Assembly: GCA_963662655.2 (NCBI GenBank)
Contig: CAXXTU010000002.1
Location: 1,152,001 to 1,216,000 of the forward strand
Source of the DNA: Candidatus Cloacimonadales bacterium
GTDB lineage: Bacteria > Cloacimonadota > Cloacimonadia > Cloacimonadales > JAIOQZ01
DNA length: 64,000 bases
Reading direction: 5' to 3'
Under the pieces are notes generated by a model, which searched no databases, was not told the origin of the DNA, and saw only the letters and a program-made list of their open reading frames with translations. Of the stretch, positions 41,163 through 51,379 are shown piece after piece (the first letter of the stretch is position 1; the number at the start of each line of letters is the position of its first letter). The translations under genes and the position numbers were made by a program.

Positions 41163-42689
41163 ATGCAAGCATTCTTACAACGACTGGGCATCAAAGAAGT
41201 GAATCCTGGCGCATACTGCGGTCGCTGGCTGGACACTCAGGGTGAAGTCATCGACGTATACTCTCCGATCGACGATTCCCTGATTGCGAAAGTTAAATCG
41301 GCCACGGTTGAGGATTATGACATTGTGGCTCAAGAAGCTCGCGAAGCCTTCAAAACCTGGCGCATGATCCCCGCTCCGCAGCGTGGCGAAATCGTACGTC
41401 AATTGGGCGAAGAACTCCGCAAACACAAGGAAGACCTCGGCAAGCTCGTTACACTTGAAATGGGCAAGATATACACCGAAGGTCTTGGTGAAGTTCAGGA
41501 AATGATCGACATGGCCGACTTCTGCGTGGGGCTCTCCCGTCAGCTTTACGGAATGACGACCCACTCCGAGCGCCCGTTCCACCGCATGTACGAGCAGTGG
41601 CATCCGCTGGGCGTGGTGGGGATCATCTCCGCTTTCAATTTCCCGGTGGCCGTGTGGTCGTGGAACGCGTTTATCGCGGCAGCATGTGGCGACACCATGA
41701 TCTGGAAGCCGTCGTCATCCACTCCGCTTACCGCAATCGCGATTCAGAACATTGTTCACAATGTTCTGGAAGCCAACGACATCCCCAAGGGAATCTTCGG
41801 AATGGTTATCGGACGCGGAAGCACCATTGGCGAGAAGCTGATCAACGATCCAGAGGTCCCGCTTATCAGCGCGACCGGTAGCTGCGCTATGGGCAAGAGA
41901 GTTCACCAGGCAGCGGCAAAGCGTTATGCACAGGTGATTCTCGAGCTCGGCGGCAACAACGCTGTTGTCGTGATGGAAGACGCCAACGTCGAGCTGGCGC
42001 TGAAAGCCGTTCTCTTCGGCGCGGTCGGAACCGCAGGACAGCGCTGTACGTCAACCCGCCGTGTTCTCATCCACGAATCCCTGCACGACAAATTCGTCGA
42101 ATCGCTCAAGAAGGCTTACTCGTCCGTGCCAATCGGCGATCCGCTCGATGGTAAGACCCTGATGGGACCGCTCGTGGACGAAGCAGCCGTCAAGGCATAC
42201 AAGAACGCGATCGAACTCGCGAAAGAACAGGGTGGTAAAATCGTTTACGGAGGTGAAAGCGTTGAATCCGGCGTTCCCGGCAAGCTTTACGTCAAGCCGA
42301 CCATCGTTCTAGCTGAAAACGACTGGCCTATCGTGCAGAACGAAACCTTCGCACCGATACTTTACATCATCAAGATCAAGGACATCGATCATGCGATTGA
42401 AATCCACAACGCAGTTCCGCAGGGACTTTCCTCGGCGATCTTCACCAACAACCTTCGCTACAGCGAACGCTTCCTCTCCCACGCCGGCAGCGATTGCGGT
42501 ATTGCCAACGTCAATATCGGAACCTCCGGAGCGGAGATTGGCGGGGCGTTTGGCGGTCAGAAGGAAACCGGCGGTGGTCGCGAGGCCGGCAGCGACGCAT
42601 GGAAGGCTTACATGCGCCGTCAGACCAACACCATCAACTGGTCAACCGAGATTCCTCTCGCACAGGGTGTGAAATTCGATATCGATTGA
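41163..42689 (+). CDS. Aldehyde dehydrogenase family 7 (aminoadipate-semialdehyde/P6C dehydrogenase-like)
   Basis: GEVQEMID, SAFNFPVAVW, LELGGNN, GTAGQRCT, ETFAP, GAEIGGAFGG.KETGGGRE.GSDAWKAYMRRQT. Confidence 0.93.
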   Translation: MQAFLQRLGIKEVNPGAYCGRWLDTQGEVIDVYSPIDDSLIAKVKSATVEDYDIVAQEAREAFKTWRMIPAPQRGEIVRQLGEELRKHKEDLGKLVTLEMGKIYTEGLGEVQEMIDMADFCVGLSRQLYGMTTHSERPFHRMYEQWHPLGVVGIISAFNFPVAVWSWNAFIAAACGDTMIWKPSSSTPLTAIAIQNIVHNVLEANDIPKGIFGMVIGRGSTIGEKLINDPEVPLISATGSCAMGKRVHQAAAKRYAQVILELGGNNAVVVMEDANVELALKAVLFGAVGTAGQRCTSTRRVLIHESLHDKFVESLKKAYSSVPIGDPLDGKTLMGPLVDEAAVKAYKNAIELAKEQGGKIVYGGESVESGVPGKLYVKPTIVLAENDWPIVQNETFAPILYIIKIKDIDHAIEIHNAVPQGLSSAIFTNNLRYSERFLSHAGSDCGIANVNIGTSGAEIGGAFGGQKETGGGREAGSDAWKAYMRRQTNTINWSTEIPLAQGVKFDID

Positions 42690-42707
42690 TCGATCGATTG
42701 TAGATAT

Positions 42708-42735
42708 AAAGGGAATCCTCCGGGATTCCCTTTTT
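42708..42735 (+). terminator. Intrinsic terminator
   Basis: AAAGGGAATCC-TCCG-GGATTCCCTTTTT. Confidence 0.85.
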
Positions 42736-42805
42736 CATTGTCTTAATCACGATTCACATGATTTCCGCGATTTACAGGATGGAGAGACGTCGCTGGCCTA
42801 TGGCA

Positions 42806-42907
42806 GTCGTACGCACATTCGCCCGATCGCCCCTCCATCGTGAATGAACACGCCTGCGCCGTGTAACACCACGCCTCCGGAGCGATCGAACGAATCTGCT
42901 GTACGAC
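42806..42907 (-). repeat. Structured hairpin element, family A, copy 3
   Basis: Minus strand GTCGTAC-A-GCAGATTCGTTCGATC...GGTGTTACAC...GTGTTCATTC...GATCGGGCGAATGTGC-GTACGAC. Confidence 0.85.
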
Positions 42908-42997
42908 GATCAACTGAATCAGGCGATTGGAGGTTTTCCTTTACGTTTTCCATGCTCGTTTTACGGTTTGTTCATGAAGCATGCCAGGAGGCAATCA

Positions 42998-43600
42998 ATG
43001 AGCTATGACCTTGAAGCCGAGAAGTGCTGCTGGTTCGCGCCTGAAGTGGCGTTCGGGCTTAGCTATAAGTGCATTGAGCCAGGGCAGACGCTGCTGGATA
43101 TCGGCATCGGCACCGGACTCAGCTCCGATCTTTTCCGCAAAGCCGGACTGATCATCCACGGCATGGATATCTCGGAGGAGATGCTCGATATCTGTCGTGA
43201 TAAGGGATATGAGAATCTACAGCAGCACGATATCCTGCAATTACCTTATCCCTATGGTGAATAAAGCATGGATCATGTTGTTTGTACCGGAGTGATGCAC
43301 TTCTTCCCGGATCCCGAACCCATTTTTGGAGAAGCTGCCAGGATTGTCAGGAAAGGTGGACTTTTTGTGTTCGTCGTGGCTGATCGACAGCAAGATGAAC
43401 CTGGCGAGATCGTAATCGGAGAAGAAATCGCTGGCGCGCATCAAAACGTGGTTCTATACCGATTCGGGATGGATCGAGTCCGCTCCTGGGTTGCTTTATA
43501 CAGATTCGAAATGGTACGAGACATCTCGTTCACGGTTTTTGCCGATGCAAGTCGCCGATTCCCCATGCAGATGAGGGCTTACGTGGCAAGGAAGCTGTAG
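42998..43600 (+). pseudogene. Class I SAM methyltransferase interrupted by an in-frame TAA at 43262-43264
   Basis: LLDIGIGTG, GMDISEEML, LPYPYGE*SMDHVVCTGVMHF...RIVRKGGLFVF all in one frame. Confidence 0.75.
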
Positions 43601-43631
43601 CATACTATTTCAGCGATGTTGGAATAAAGAA

Positions 43632-43656
43632 AAGAGCAGGATTACATCCTGCTCTT
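43632..43656. terminator. Hairpin terminator between convergent genes
   Basis: AAGAGCAGGA-TTACA-TCCTGCTCTT; U-tract on the minus strand. Confidence 0.7.
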
Positions 43657-43709
43657 CTAGCAAGTGAGTTTCTATGTCTCTATTTCGGAGAGAATCTGAT
43701 TATTAGCAG

Positions 43710-45521
43710 CTATTTCAGTAGAACCATCTTTTTCACGGAAGAGCGGTCGTCTGCATTCAGTTTATAGAAATACACACCGGAACTAACGCGGTGGTTACCA
43801 CCATCGAGCCCGTCCCAGGTCACCGAATGAGTTCCTCTTGTTCTCTCCTCGGAAAGGAGCGTTCTGATCTTCTGACCCTTCAGGTTGTAGATATCGACTT
43901 CCACGTGAGAGTCATTTTCCAGATTGAAGGAGATGGTCGTCGTCGGATTGAAGGGATTGGGATAATTCTGGTTCAAGGTGAACGGAGCGGCTTCGACGTC
44001 GGTACCGCCATTATCCATCGTGCCACCATCATAATAAATATCATCGAGACCGAATTCACACTGGATTCCGTGCTCTTCCAGAATCACGAACGAGTAGCTG
44101 AGCATTCTCAGATCGATGTATTCTCCCCGGATATCTTCAACAGGGATGATCGCCTGACCCCATTCGCCATTGCGCTGGAGATTGTAGGTTGTCTGGTTTG
44201 CGGGGAACTCGACATAGGACTGATTGCCCCATGAATCGATGATGCCAATCTTGAAGGTAACGTTCGCTGGAATCTTGATCATGAATTTCAGATCGCCGTC
44301 GCCGAACTCGAAGAGATTCAGCGGCTGCTCCGACATGATACCCGCGCCAAACCAGCCGATGCCGTTTGTGATCCAGGAAATGCCGTTCTCGCCCTCGTAT
44401 GGAGGGATCGAACCCTCGTTGAGCGTTCCTTCCCACACGTAGATGTGGGAATCGACATCGATCTCGCAACTGTTGTAGGTTTCGGTCTCATCGGTGAAAA
44501 GCCCGTACGATTCGTACTGTGGGGTCGGTGGACCCAGATGAACTTCGCCCTGCCCGTTCCATTGCATGACCTTGATATAGTCGATGTACATCTCTGCAGG
44601 GAAGGACATCGAGACCGGCTGGCCGCTTCCCGGATCGCCCAGGTTGTAAGCGTCTGTCAAAGCGCCGCCGATGGCCATGTTCGCGATCAGGTAGAAGGTG
44701 TCGTTGAACTCGGCTGAAAGGCTGTCGATCACATAGGGTTCTTCGAACAGGTCGTACTCGACATCGTTATCGATGACCGTGAATCGCAGGCTGTTCTCGT
44801 CCCAGTAGGTTCGATAGGTAAGGAATCTTCCGGTCAAACCCGGATCGTAGTTGTAGTAAGGCCGGCAGGATTCATCGGTAGGATCCCATGAAAGGCTTGC
44901 CGCGCCGGATGGGTTCTCCGGCGTCACCGCGTCATCGGAATAATAGATCGCGTTCGCGCTCGTCATCTGATTGACGGTGGAGTTATCCATGTTGTTTCCG
45001 CCGTTATGGCCGTCGTGTAGATTACGGAAAGAAGCGGTATGCCCCATTTCCATCATGTCGATCTCACCGCAGCGAGGCCAGGTGTAATTGCTGGTTCCCA
45101 GCATCCAGATAGCCGGCCATCCGCCCAAATTGAGATCGGGAATGAGAACGCGGCTTTCAATCACGCCGTACTTGATCGAAACAAAAGATTTCGTGTTCAA
45201 GCGAGCCGATGTGTAGTTCAACGGATTTCCCCACTGATCCACGATTCCAGGCCCCGATTCGTTTCGTGCCGTGATCCGCAGGGCATTGTTGCCCGGATCG
45301 CTCGGCATCTCGGTGATTTCTGCATTATCCGACTGGTAATACTGTAATTCGCCGTTTCCCCAACCCCAGGAACCGTTTCCGGTCTCCACGAGCCAGTTGT
45401 CCAAATTATCGAAGTTCTCTTCCCAAATCACATCCCCAACCTGGGCGGAAAGAAAACCAAAAGCAAGAAAAGCAAGCAACAGTAGTGATCGAAGGTGAAA
45501 TTTCTGCTCCATTTTAGTCAT
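43710..45521 (-). CDS. Secreted GH16 beta-1,3-glucanase with CBM-like module and FlgD-Ig tail
   Basis: GWGNGELQYY, TSARL, WPAIWMLG, WPRCGEIDMME; NYPNPFNP...SGVYFY...KKMVLLK. Confidence 0.88.
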   Translation of the reverse strand: MTKMEQKFHLRSLLLLAFLAFGFLSAQVGDVIWEENFDNLDNWLVETGNGSWGWGNGELQYYQSDNAEITEMPSDPGNNALRITARNESGPGIVDQWGNPLNYTSARLNTKSFVSIKYGVIESRVLIPDLNLGGWPAIWMLGTSNYTWPRCGEIDMMEMGHTASFRNLHDGHNGGNNMDNSTVNQMTSANAIYYSDDAVTPENPSGAASLSWDPTDESCRPYYNYDPGLTGRFLTYRTYWDENSLRFTVIDNDVEYDLFEEPYVIDSLSAEFNDTFYLIANMAIGGALTDAYNLGDPGSGQPVSMSFPAEMYIDYIKVMQWNGQGEVHLGPPTPQYESYGLFTDETETYNSCEIDVDSHIYVWEGTLNEGSIPPYEGENGISWITNGIGWFGAGIMSEQPLNLFEFGDGDLKFMIKIPANVTFKIGIIDSWGNQSYVEFPANQTTYNLQRNGEWGQAIIPVEDIRGEYIDLRMLSYSFVILEEHGIQCEFGLDDIYYDGGTMDNGGTDVEAAPFTLNQNYPNPFNPTTTISFNLENDSHVEVDIYNLKGQKIRTLLSEERTRGTHSVTWDGLDGGNHRVSSGVYFYKLNADDRSSVKKMVLLK

Positions 45522-45564
45522 ACATACCTCTGCGTTCGTTTTTTTTATTCACAATCTGTATATT

Positions 45565-46185
45565 TTATTCTATTTTCGATATCGTGTTTGACTCGGTATC
45601 GAACACATAACCCCACTCGCTCAAATCGGCGAGCGCCTCTGCTGGATCACTGTAAAGCGGAAGCAGGTTCAGTTCGGAGGGATCGAACAGGCTCTCGCCA
45701 ACGATGTCCCTCAGCACGACCGCATAATACGTGTCGTCATCGATCCACCATGCGCTCCACCAGGTCACCGAGCCGTAGAAGTGATCGAGTACCGCGCGAT
45801 AGGCTCTGATCGCCTGCGCTCTCGCATTGGGGCTTCCGCCCTCCGTGTAGAGCTCATGAAGCGATTTCGCCGTGTAATATTGATATTCGCCCATGGGGCT
45901 TCTCGCCAGCATTGAGGCCCAAAGGTAAAATTTCGCTTTGGGAGAAGGACATTCGTCGTTCAGATCCCAGACGTTTTCCGAGTTCAGGTTCGCTTCCGCA
46001 AATGGATTGTCCGGATTATCCAGCACTTCAATGTTCGGATAGATTCCTTCGTCTGCCGAGTACAAGTCGAGCGAAAGGTCCGTCGGGAGTTCAACCGTTG
46101 TCGAAAGGGTTCCATTCTTCGAGTCACATCCGGCGATTAAGCCCAGCGCCAGGATGATCACAGCCCAGATGATTAAATTTCTCAT
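45565..46185 (-). CDS. Uncharacterised lipoprotein in the glucan locus
   Basis: Lipobox LIAGC; RBS GGAGG; sits between the GH-barrel and GH16 genes. Confidence 0.75.
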   Translation of the reverse strand: MRNLIIWAVIILALGLIAGCDSKNGTLSTTVELPTDLSLDLYSADEGIYPNIEVLDNPDNPFAEANLNSENVWDLNDECPSPKAKFYLWASMLARSPMGEYQYYTAKSLHELYTEGGSPNARAQAIRAYRAVLDHFYGSVTWWSAWWIDDDTYYAVVLRDIVGESLFDPSELNLLPLYSDPAEALADLSEWGYVFDTESNTISKIE

Positions 46186-46199
46186 TGTTTCCTCCCTCC

Positions 46200-49100
46200 T
46201 TAGAACTCGATCCGGTAGTAGAGACCTGTCTGGAATTCGTAGTCGTTGTTGATTCCTTCCGTCTCGTTGCTCGGAGAATTTTCATCCAACGTTCTCAAGA
46301 TGGTCTTGTAGCCGATCTTGCTGGAGACGGAATCGTCCAGCAGGTTGTCGATCAGAACGGCAAGATCGAGCTTGAACTGATACGGATAGGTGATGTTGAA
46401 TTGACGATACCAATCGTACGGTCCCCAGGCGTCCTTCTTCGCGTACGCCGCAACGATGTACTTCTGGTTGAATGTGAACTCGGTTTCGAGCGTGTAGAAT
46501 TCGGCAGGGGCTCCATCGGGATTCCCGGTGGATTGCTGCTTGCCGACGCCGAGGTTGGTGACGATGTGCAGGTCGGGATTGGGGTTCATGATGACGCTAC
46601 CCTTTGCCTCCCACACTTCCTCTTTGGGAAGTCCGCTTCCGAATGGAGCATTCGTCTCGCCTTCCTGATAATAGAACAGGTATGCGTCGGTTTCCGTTGT
46701 ATATTTTGTATAGTTTCCGCCGACCGTGAACGCGAATCCCGCGTCTTCTTTCGCATCGCGATTCCAGTCGTAGAAATTACTTGCGGGGGTTGGATCGTAG
46801 GTGATGAAGAATTCGCCGGAGACAGCCTCGCGGTTGTCCAGCACAGCGAACGGATCGTCGTCGCGGTTGCGGGGCGAAGTACCCGTGTAGAAGTCCGTGC
46901 CGTCCATGTGAGGCTCGGAGGAAGGCACCGCGTCGATCAGGTTCTCGCGATACATCGCGCGAGGAAGCAGCCATACATTGCCGATCGGAATCAGCATACC
47001 GGCTTCGTAAACGATCTTGTTACCGAGCGACGAGTACGGCATGGTCGAATTCCTCTCGACGAGCGCTGCGCCGCCATCGGCAACCAGACCCGCGTATTGA
47101 ACAGACGCATCGATCAGCGTGGAGCCGAGGTTGAATGACAGTTTCGCTTTGGCTGCCTGCGTATCCTTGAACTCGATCTCGTCCCTGTAAATCTGATCGT
47201 TTTCCACATACTCATATTCTTCGTCGATCCTCTCCGTGCCGGAAACGAGGTATCCGATCTCGATTGTCGTCCCCGGGATGTAGTCCGTCTTCAGCGAAAG
47301 CGCTGTTTGACGTGTCGCCCGTTCGGTAGCTTCCGTTGCTGTCGATGAGGCGTCCGCCTGCGCGAAATCCTCGGAGTGGACGAACGTGTACTGGAATCTG
47401 TCGCTTCCGAACTGGTATTTCACGATCGCCTTCGGATTGGCGCCCCAGTATACTTCGGGACCGGCCACGATTTTCAGACCTTCCAGATAGCGCTTTCCTT
47501 CGAACTCGACACCGTAGGGAGCCTTCGCGTTCCAGATGTCCATCCCTTCCATATCGGTCGCTTCGTGCATCAGGCCAAAGAAATCGCCTTCATAGCCCCA
47601 GTGGTAACGCGGGACGTGGTAGAAGGTAGTGAAATTGTAATTGTCGCCTTTATATCGCGCCTCGAAGCTGTAAATCTCGATGCGCTCATTGTCGTTTACT
47701 TCCTGTGTGGTGTTGACCTTCACACCGTTCTCGTCTTCTTCGGTGGTGACGGTGACGTAACTTTCGCCGCGCTTCCCGTAGTACTGCTCGAGCTGTAGGT
47801 CGGCCATGTTGCCAAGAAGGTTCAGGGTGAATTCGCCGTCGATGCGGTTGGTGGGCTGGAACTCGAAATCGAGGAAGAGCATCTCGCCGTTGGTGAAATC
47901 GATTCCGTCCTTGCCGTCTTCTTCGATCGGCTCGGACTTCCCGTTGAAGGCTAAATCGCCTTGCAGGCGTCCGCCCGAGAGCTTCAGCACATCGCCGCCA
48001 AGCCCGTCCTTCTGGACCATGCGAAGCGCACTCTTCATGCTGAGGAATTCCATATCGATAGTATCGATCTCGCGATTCATCTCGGCTTTATCAACCAGGT
48101 ACGGGTCGATCGCCCACATCTTTTTCATTACGTCGTAAGCCATACGAGGCGTCGCTTCGGACACCCCGTCCTCGTTTTTCTGCTCGAGCCGGCAGATGCC
48201 GAACCATTCTTCGTTCATGTTGTTCTTGCCATGCACGAAGTCGAACGAGTAACCACCGTTGCTCCAGGAGGCGTTCTTGTCGTGGATGTCGAGATTCTCG
48301 GTCTGCTTGTACTTCCACCATTCGTCGCGCCACTCGAAGAGACATCCGCCGAGTGCGTTTCCTTCATCGCCTTTATCGTAGCTCTTGTTGTAAATCTCGA
48401 TCCAATTGCCCTTGACGATATTCGCCTGGCCTACCTGCTCTTCCTTGAATGTCAGCGCGTTGAATGCGTCGCTGCCAAACTCGGTGAGCATCACGGGCAG
48501 GCCGAGCTCGTCGTGAACCCGTTGCCACATGTCCGTGAAGCTGATACCGCGGTAGGCGTTTACGCCGAGGATATCCAGATCCTTGCAGTATTCCTTGATG
48601 AGGTCGATGTACTGGATATCGCCGTTCACGATGAGATACGGGTGGGTCGAATCGGCTTTCTTCGCTTCTTCGATCGCTTCATTATATAAGCTGTAGAGAT
48701 ATTTTGCTTTTTCTTTGTGGCGTTCGCCTTCGGGGATGTTCTCGATCTCGAAGCTTGCCCACTCGAGTCCGTAGTTGTTCTCGTTGCCGAGCGCGAACAT
48801 GAGGACACCCGGGATATCCTTGTAGAGGTTTACCATCTCCACGAAATCCCTTTTCAAGGTTGCGCGGGTGGTGGGATCGGAGTAGTTGGTCCAGACATAC
48901 CATACGCCGTCTACATTGTAACCGTAGCGTCCCATCAGGTGATTGATCACCGTCATGATGCCGTAGTGCCTGTAGATGTATTCAATCCATTTGGGTGGGA
49001 TTCCGCCGAACTGCCTGATCGTGTTGACGCCGGCGTCCTTCATCAACTTGCATTCATAATCCAGAATCTTCTGAATCTGCTCGTCCGATTTCGACCAGAG

Positions 49101-49295
49101 GTTGTAGGAGTAATTTTCCCCGATGGGTGTGTAGCCCCATACAATACCTTTGACGAAATAGTCGTCGCCGTCAACCTTCAGTTTCCAGCCATTGTCGTCC
49201 TGATATGTCGATACGGCGTTGGGCTGGTTGGGTGTCGCAGCCAGTGCCATACTAATGAAAAATACGAGTGGCAAAGTAATACAAATACGCTTCAT
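46200..49295 (-). CDS. Clan GH-A (GH2-TIM/GH158-like) glycoside hydrolase fused to a putative outer-membrane beta-barrel
   Basis: Signal peptide; GVNTIR, ALGNENN, GVNAYRG, LTEFGSD, FEWRDEWWK, EEWFGI; long beta-rich C-terminal region ending YYRIEF. Confidence 0.75.
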   Translation of the reverse strand: MKRICITLPLVFFISMALAATPNQPNAVSTYQDDNGWKLKVDGDDYFVKGIVWGYTPIGENYSYNLWSKSDEQIQKILDYECKLMKDAGVNTIRQFGGIPPKWIEYIYRHYGIMTVINHLMGRYGYNVDGVWYVWTNYSDPTTRATLKRDFVEMVNLYKDIPGVLMFALGNENNYGLEWASFEIENIPEGERHKEKAKYLYSLYNEAIEEAKKADSTHPYLIVNGDIQYIDLIKEYCKDLDILGVNAYRGISFTDMWQRVHDELGLPVMLTEFGSDAFNALTFKEEQVGQANIVKGNWIEIYNKSYDKGDEGNALGGCLFEWRDEWWKYKQTENLDIHDKNASWSNGGYSFDFVHGKNNMNEEWFGICRLEQKNEDGVSEATPRMAYDVMKKMWAIDPYLVDKAEMNREIDTIDMEFLSMKSALRMVQKDGLGGDVLKLSGGRLQGDLAFNGKSEPIEEDGKDGIDFTNGEMLFLDFEFQPTNRIDGEFTLNLLGNMADLQLEQYYGKRGESYVTVTTEEDENGVKVNTTQEVNDNERIEIYSFEARYKGDNYNFTTFYHVPRYHWGYEGDFFGLMHEATDMEGMDIWNAKAPYGVEFEGKRYLEGLKIVAGPEVYWGANPKAIVKYQFGSDRFQYTFVHSEDFAQADASSTATEATERATRQTALSLKTDYIPGTTIEIGYLVSGTERIDEEYEYVENDQIYRDEIEFKDTQAAKAKLSFNLGSTLIDASVQYAGLVADGGAALVERNSTMPYSSLGNKIVYEAGMLIPIGNVWLLPRAMYRENLIDAVPSSEPHMDGTDFYTGTSPRNRDDDPFAVLDNREAVSGEFFITYDPTPASNFYDWNRDAKEDAGFAFTVGGNYTKYTTETDAYLFYYQEGETNAPFGSGLPKEEVWEAKGSVIMNPNPDLHIVTNLGVGKQQSTGNPDGAPAEFYTLETEFTFNQKYIVAAYAKKDAWGPYDWYRQFNITYPYQFKLDLAVLIDNLLDDSVSSKIGYKTILRTLDENSPSNETEGINNDYEFQTGLYYRIEF

Positions 49296-49371
49296 AATTG
49301 TTGAGCAATCGTATCGGACCATCTTCCGCTCCCTTGTTGTAATCAGTAAAGCGCTCCGTAATTCGTCACGC

Positions 49372-51323
49372 CTCTATATAGCAATTGAAATGCGGCGAAT
49401 AACTGTCAAGTATATTTTATCATTATTCCATGTATTTCCACATCGTTCCCTCACTAATATCGCTCATAAAGGGGTTATCGCAAATAAATCAAATTGATTT
49501 CAGCCTGAATCCTCTTTGCATCGCATCTCATATTCTTCTGCGGTACTTACCGACTTGTTTGAACCTTGCTATACTGCGCATTATCCCCGGAGTTTTTCTA
49601 GAGAGCGCCGTAACTCGCGTGAGTAATTTTAGACTATATAGCAGTTAGATTTCGAATGGTTTTAAGCTGCACGACCGTCTGACGTTTCGATCGGATCGCC
49701 TGCATGTATTTGCAATACTGGCAGGCATTAACGAAAAAAGCTATCTCTTCGCGGCCTTCGAGCAGGAGTTCCTAATCGTGAGATGCGCCGGAAGGATCGC
49801 ATGCTGGTAATCGAGATCGACACCCTCAATCATCGAGAGAAGCATGCCCACGGACCGCTCCACGATCGCATCGATCGGCGCGGCAATCGTCGTGAGCGCT
49901 GGAAACACCTTGGAAGCGACCACGATGTCGTCGAATCCGACGACACTCATCTCGTCGGGAATCTGGAATCCGTTCTCGCGAATCACTTTCATCGCGCCGA
50001 TTGCCATGGAGTCGTTCGCGCACATGATCGCAGTGGGGGGATTCTTCAGAGACAGCAGATACTTGGCCCCCTGCTCGCCCGATTCGTAGGAGAAATCGCC
50101 CTTGAATATGAGCTCCTCATCGACCTTCGCGCCCTGGCTTACCAGCGTGCTTGTGTAGCCCATCAATCTCTCGCGGCACACATCGGAATCGAGTAGACCG
50201 TTGATGAAGCCGATGCGACGATGCCCGAGCGACCACAGGTAATTAACGGCCTCGCTGCTTCCGTTGAAGTTGTCCAGCGTCACCGAGGGGATCGATTTGT
50301 CCGACGAGAGGTTGTCCAGCAGGACGATGGGAAGCATGCGCTTGAGCTCCTGGATTTTGTTCTCGATGCGTGGGAAACAACAGATGATCACGCCGTCGAT
50401 CTTCTTCTGGTTGTTGAGCGGATTCAGGTCGTCCGGCTCGGAGAACAGCACCAGATTGTAGCCCTTCTGCTTCACGACCTTTTCCAGCGCATTGAATACG
50501 AGCGAGTAGTAGGGACTGGAAATCCCTTCCTTGATTCCCTGATCGAGGAAAAAACCGATGTTGTGCGTGATTTTGGGCGTCATCTTGCTGTGGCTGACGA
50601 AAGTTCCCTTGGTGGTGAACTTATGGAGAATACCCTCTTCGACGAGCTCGGTAATCGCTCTTCTGACGGTCATATAAGACACACCGTGGATCTGGGCGAG
50701 CGCACGTTCCCCGGGCAGTTTCCCGTTGACTTCTCCGCTCCGGATTCCGTCTTTGATTTTCTCTTTCACGCTGATATATTTCAGTGTTTTTCCACTCATC
50801 GGTATTCCTTTTAGTATTCGCTGTTTTCCAGTGCATTCTCATACGCTATTTCAATAATATATAGCAGTGCTCGCAAATTGCTATATTTCGGTCAAGGTAT
50901 TTATTCAAAATTCCTCTTAATTTTCCTCGTTCCCGAAGTTTTTTAGCAATATCCCCCCGGCATTTCTCCCATTGGATGTACCGAAACCAAAGCAGGTATT
51001 GCCACAATCGCCAGGTAGTAATCGAGAGATAATGCATCGATAACTAAATCTCTATCACGCTGTATTACTGCCAATTAACCGCCTTTACGCCGGCTCGCTG
51101 ATTCCTACCCACACGTAGAACGGCATGATGTTATTCGCGATATACGCCGCGACAACAAGCACAAAAAGGCGCGCCGACCTCCGAAGTATAGCAGTGAATT
51201 TTTTTTGCCTTCATCGACAATAGCAATGAGTTGGCTTACCGTTCATTTTCATTATATTCTCACACAGAAAATAAAAAAATACTTGACGCGCATAATTCAT
51301 GAGACGTTATTTGCTATATAGCA
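49372..51323. promoter_or_regulatory. Repeated TGCTATATAGCA operator-like sites around the regulator gene
   Basis: Perfect at 51312-51323; near matches 49372-49383, 49567-49578, 49632-49643, 50855-50866, 50879-50890; half-site 51187-51193. Confidence 0.7.
49741..50799 (-). CDS. GntR-HTH / LacI-type sugar-binding regulator (AraR-like)
   Basis: KLPGERALA..GVSYMTVRRAI..L..KGTFV; LGHRRIGFI, AIMCANDSMAIG, SVVGFDD, PALTT. Confidence 0.92.
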   Translation of the reverse strand: MSGKTLKYISVKEKIKDGIRSGEVNGKLPGERALAQIHGVSYMTVRRAITELVEEGILHKFTTKGTFVSHSKMTPKITHNIGFFLDQGIKEGISSPYYSLVFNALEKVVKQKGYNLVLFSEPDDLNPLNNQKKIDGVIICCFPRIENKIQELKRMLPIVLLDNLSSDKSIPSVTLDNFNGSSEAVNYLWSLGHRRIGFINGLLDSDVCRERLMGYTSTLVSQGAKVDEELIFKGDFSYESGEQGAKYLLSLKNPPTAIMCANDSMAIGAMKVIRENGFQIPDEMSVVGFDDIVVASKVFPALTTIAAPIDAIVERSVGMLLSMIEGVDLDYQHAILPAHLTIRNSCSKAAKR

Positions 51324-51379
51324 TCATGAAGGGAATTTCATACGTTTTCCCGTGATAATAAAATTGTGAGGTCCGTATT

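Noticed and set aside
43262..43264. Selenocysteine or pyrrolysine recoding
   Set aside because: The stop is TAA, not TGA or TAG
49681..49705. Possible fourth family-A copy (TTCGATCGGATCG); similar fragment near 23425
   Set aside because: Only the GATC core matches; the bulged-A stem and GGTGTTWCAC box are absent
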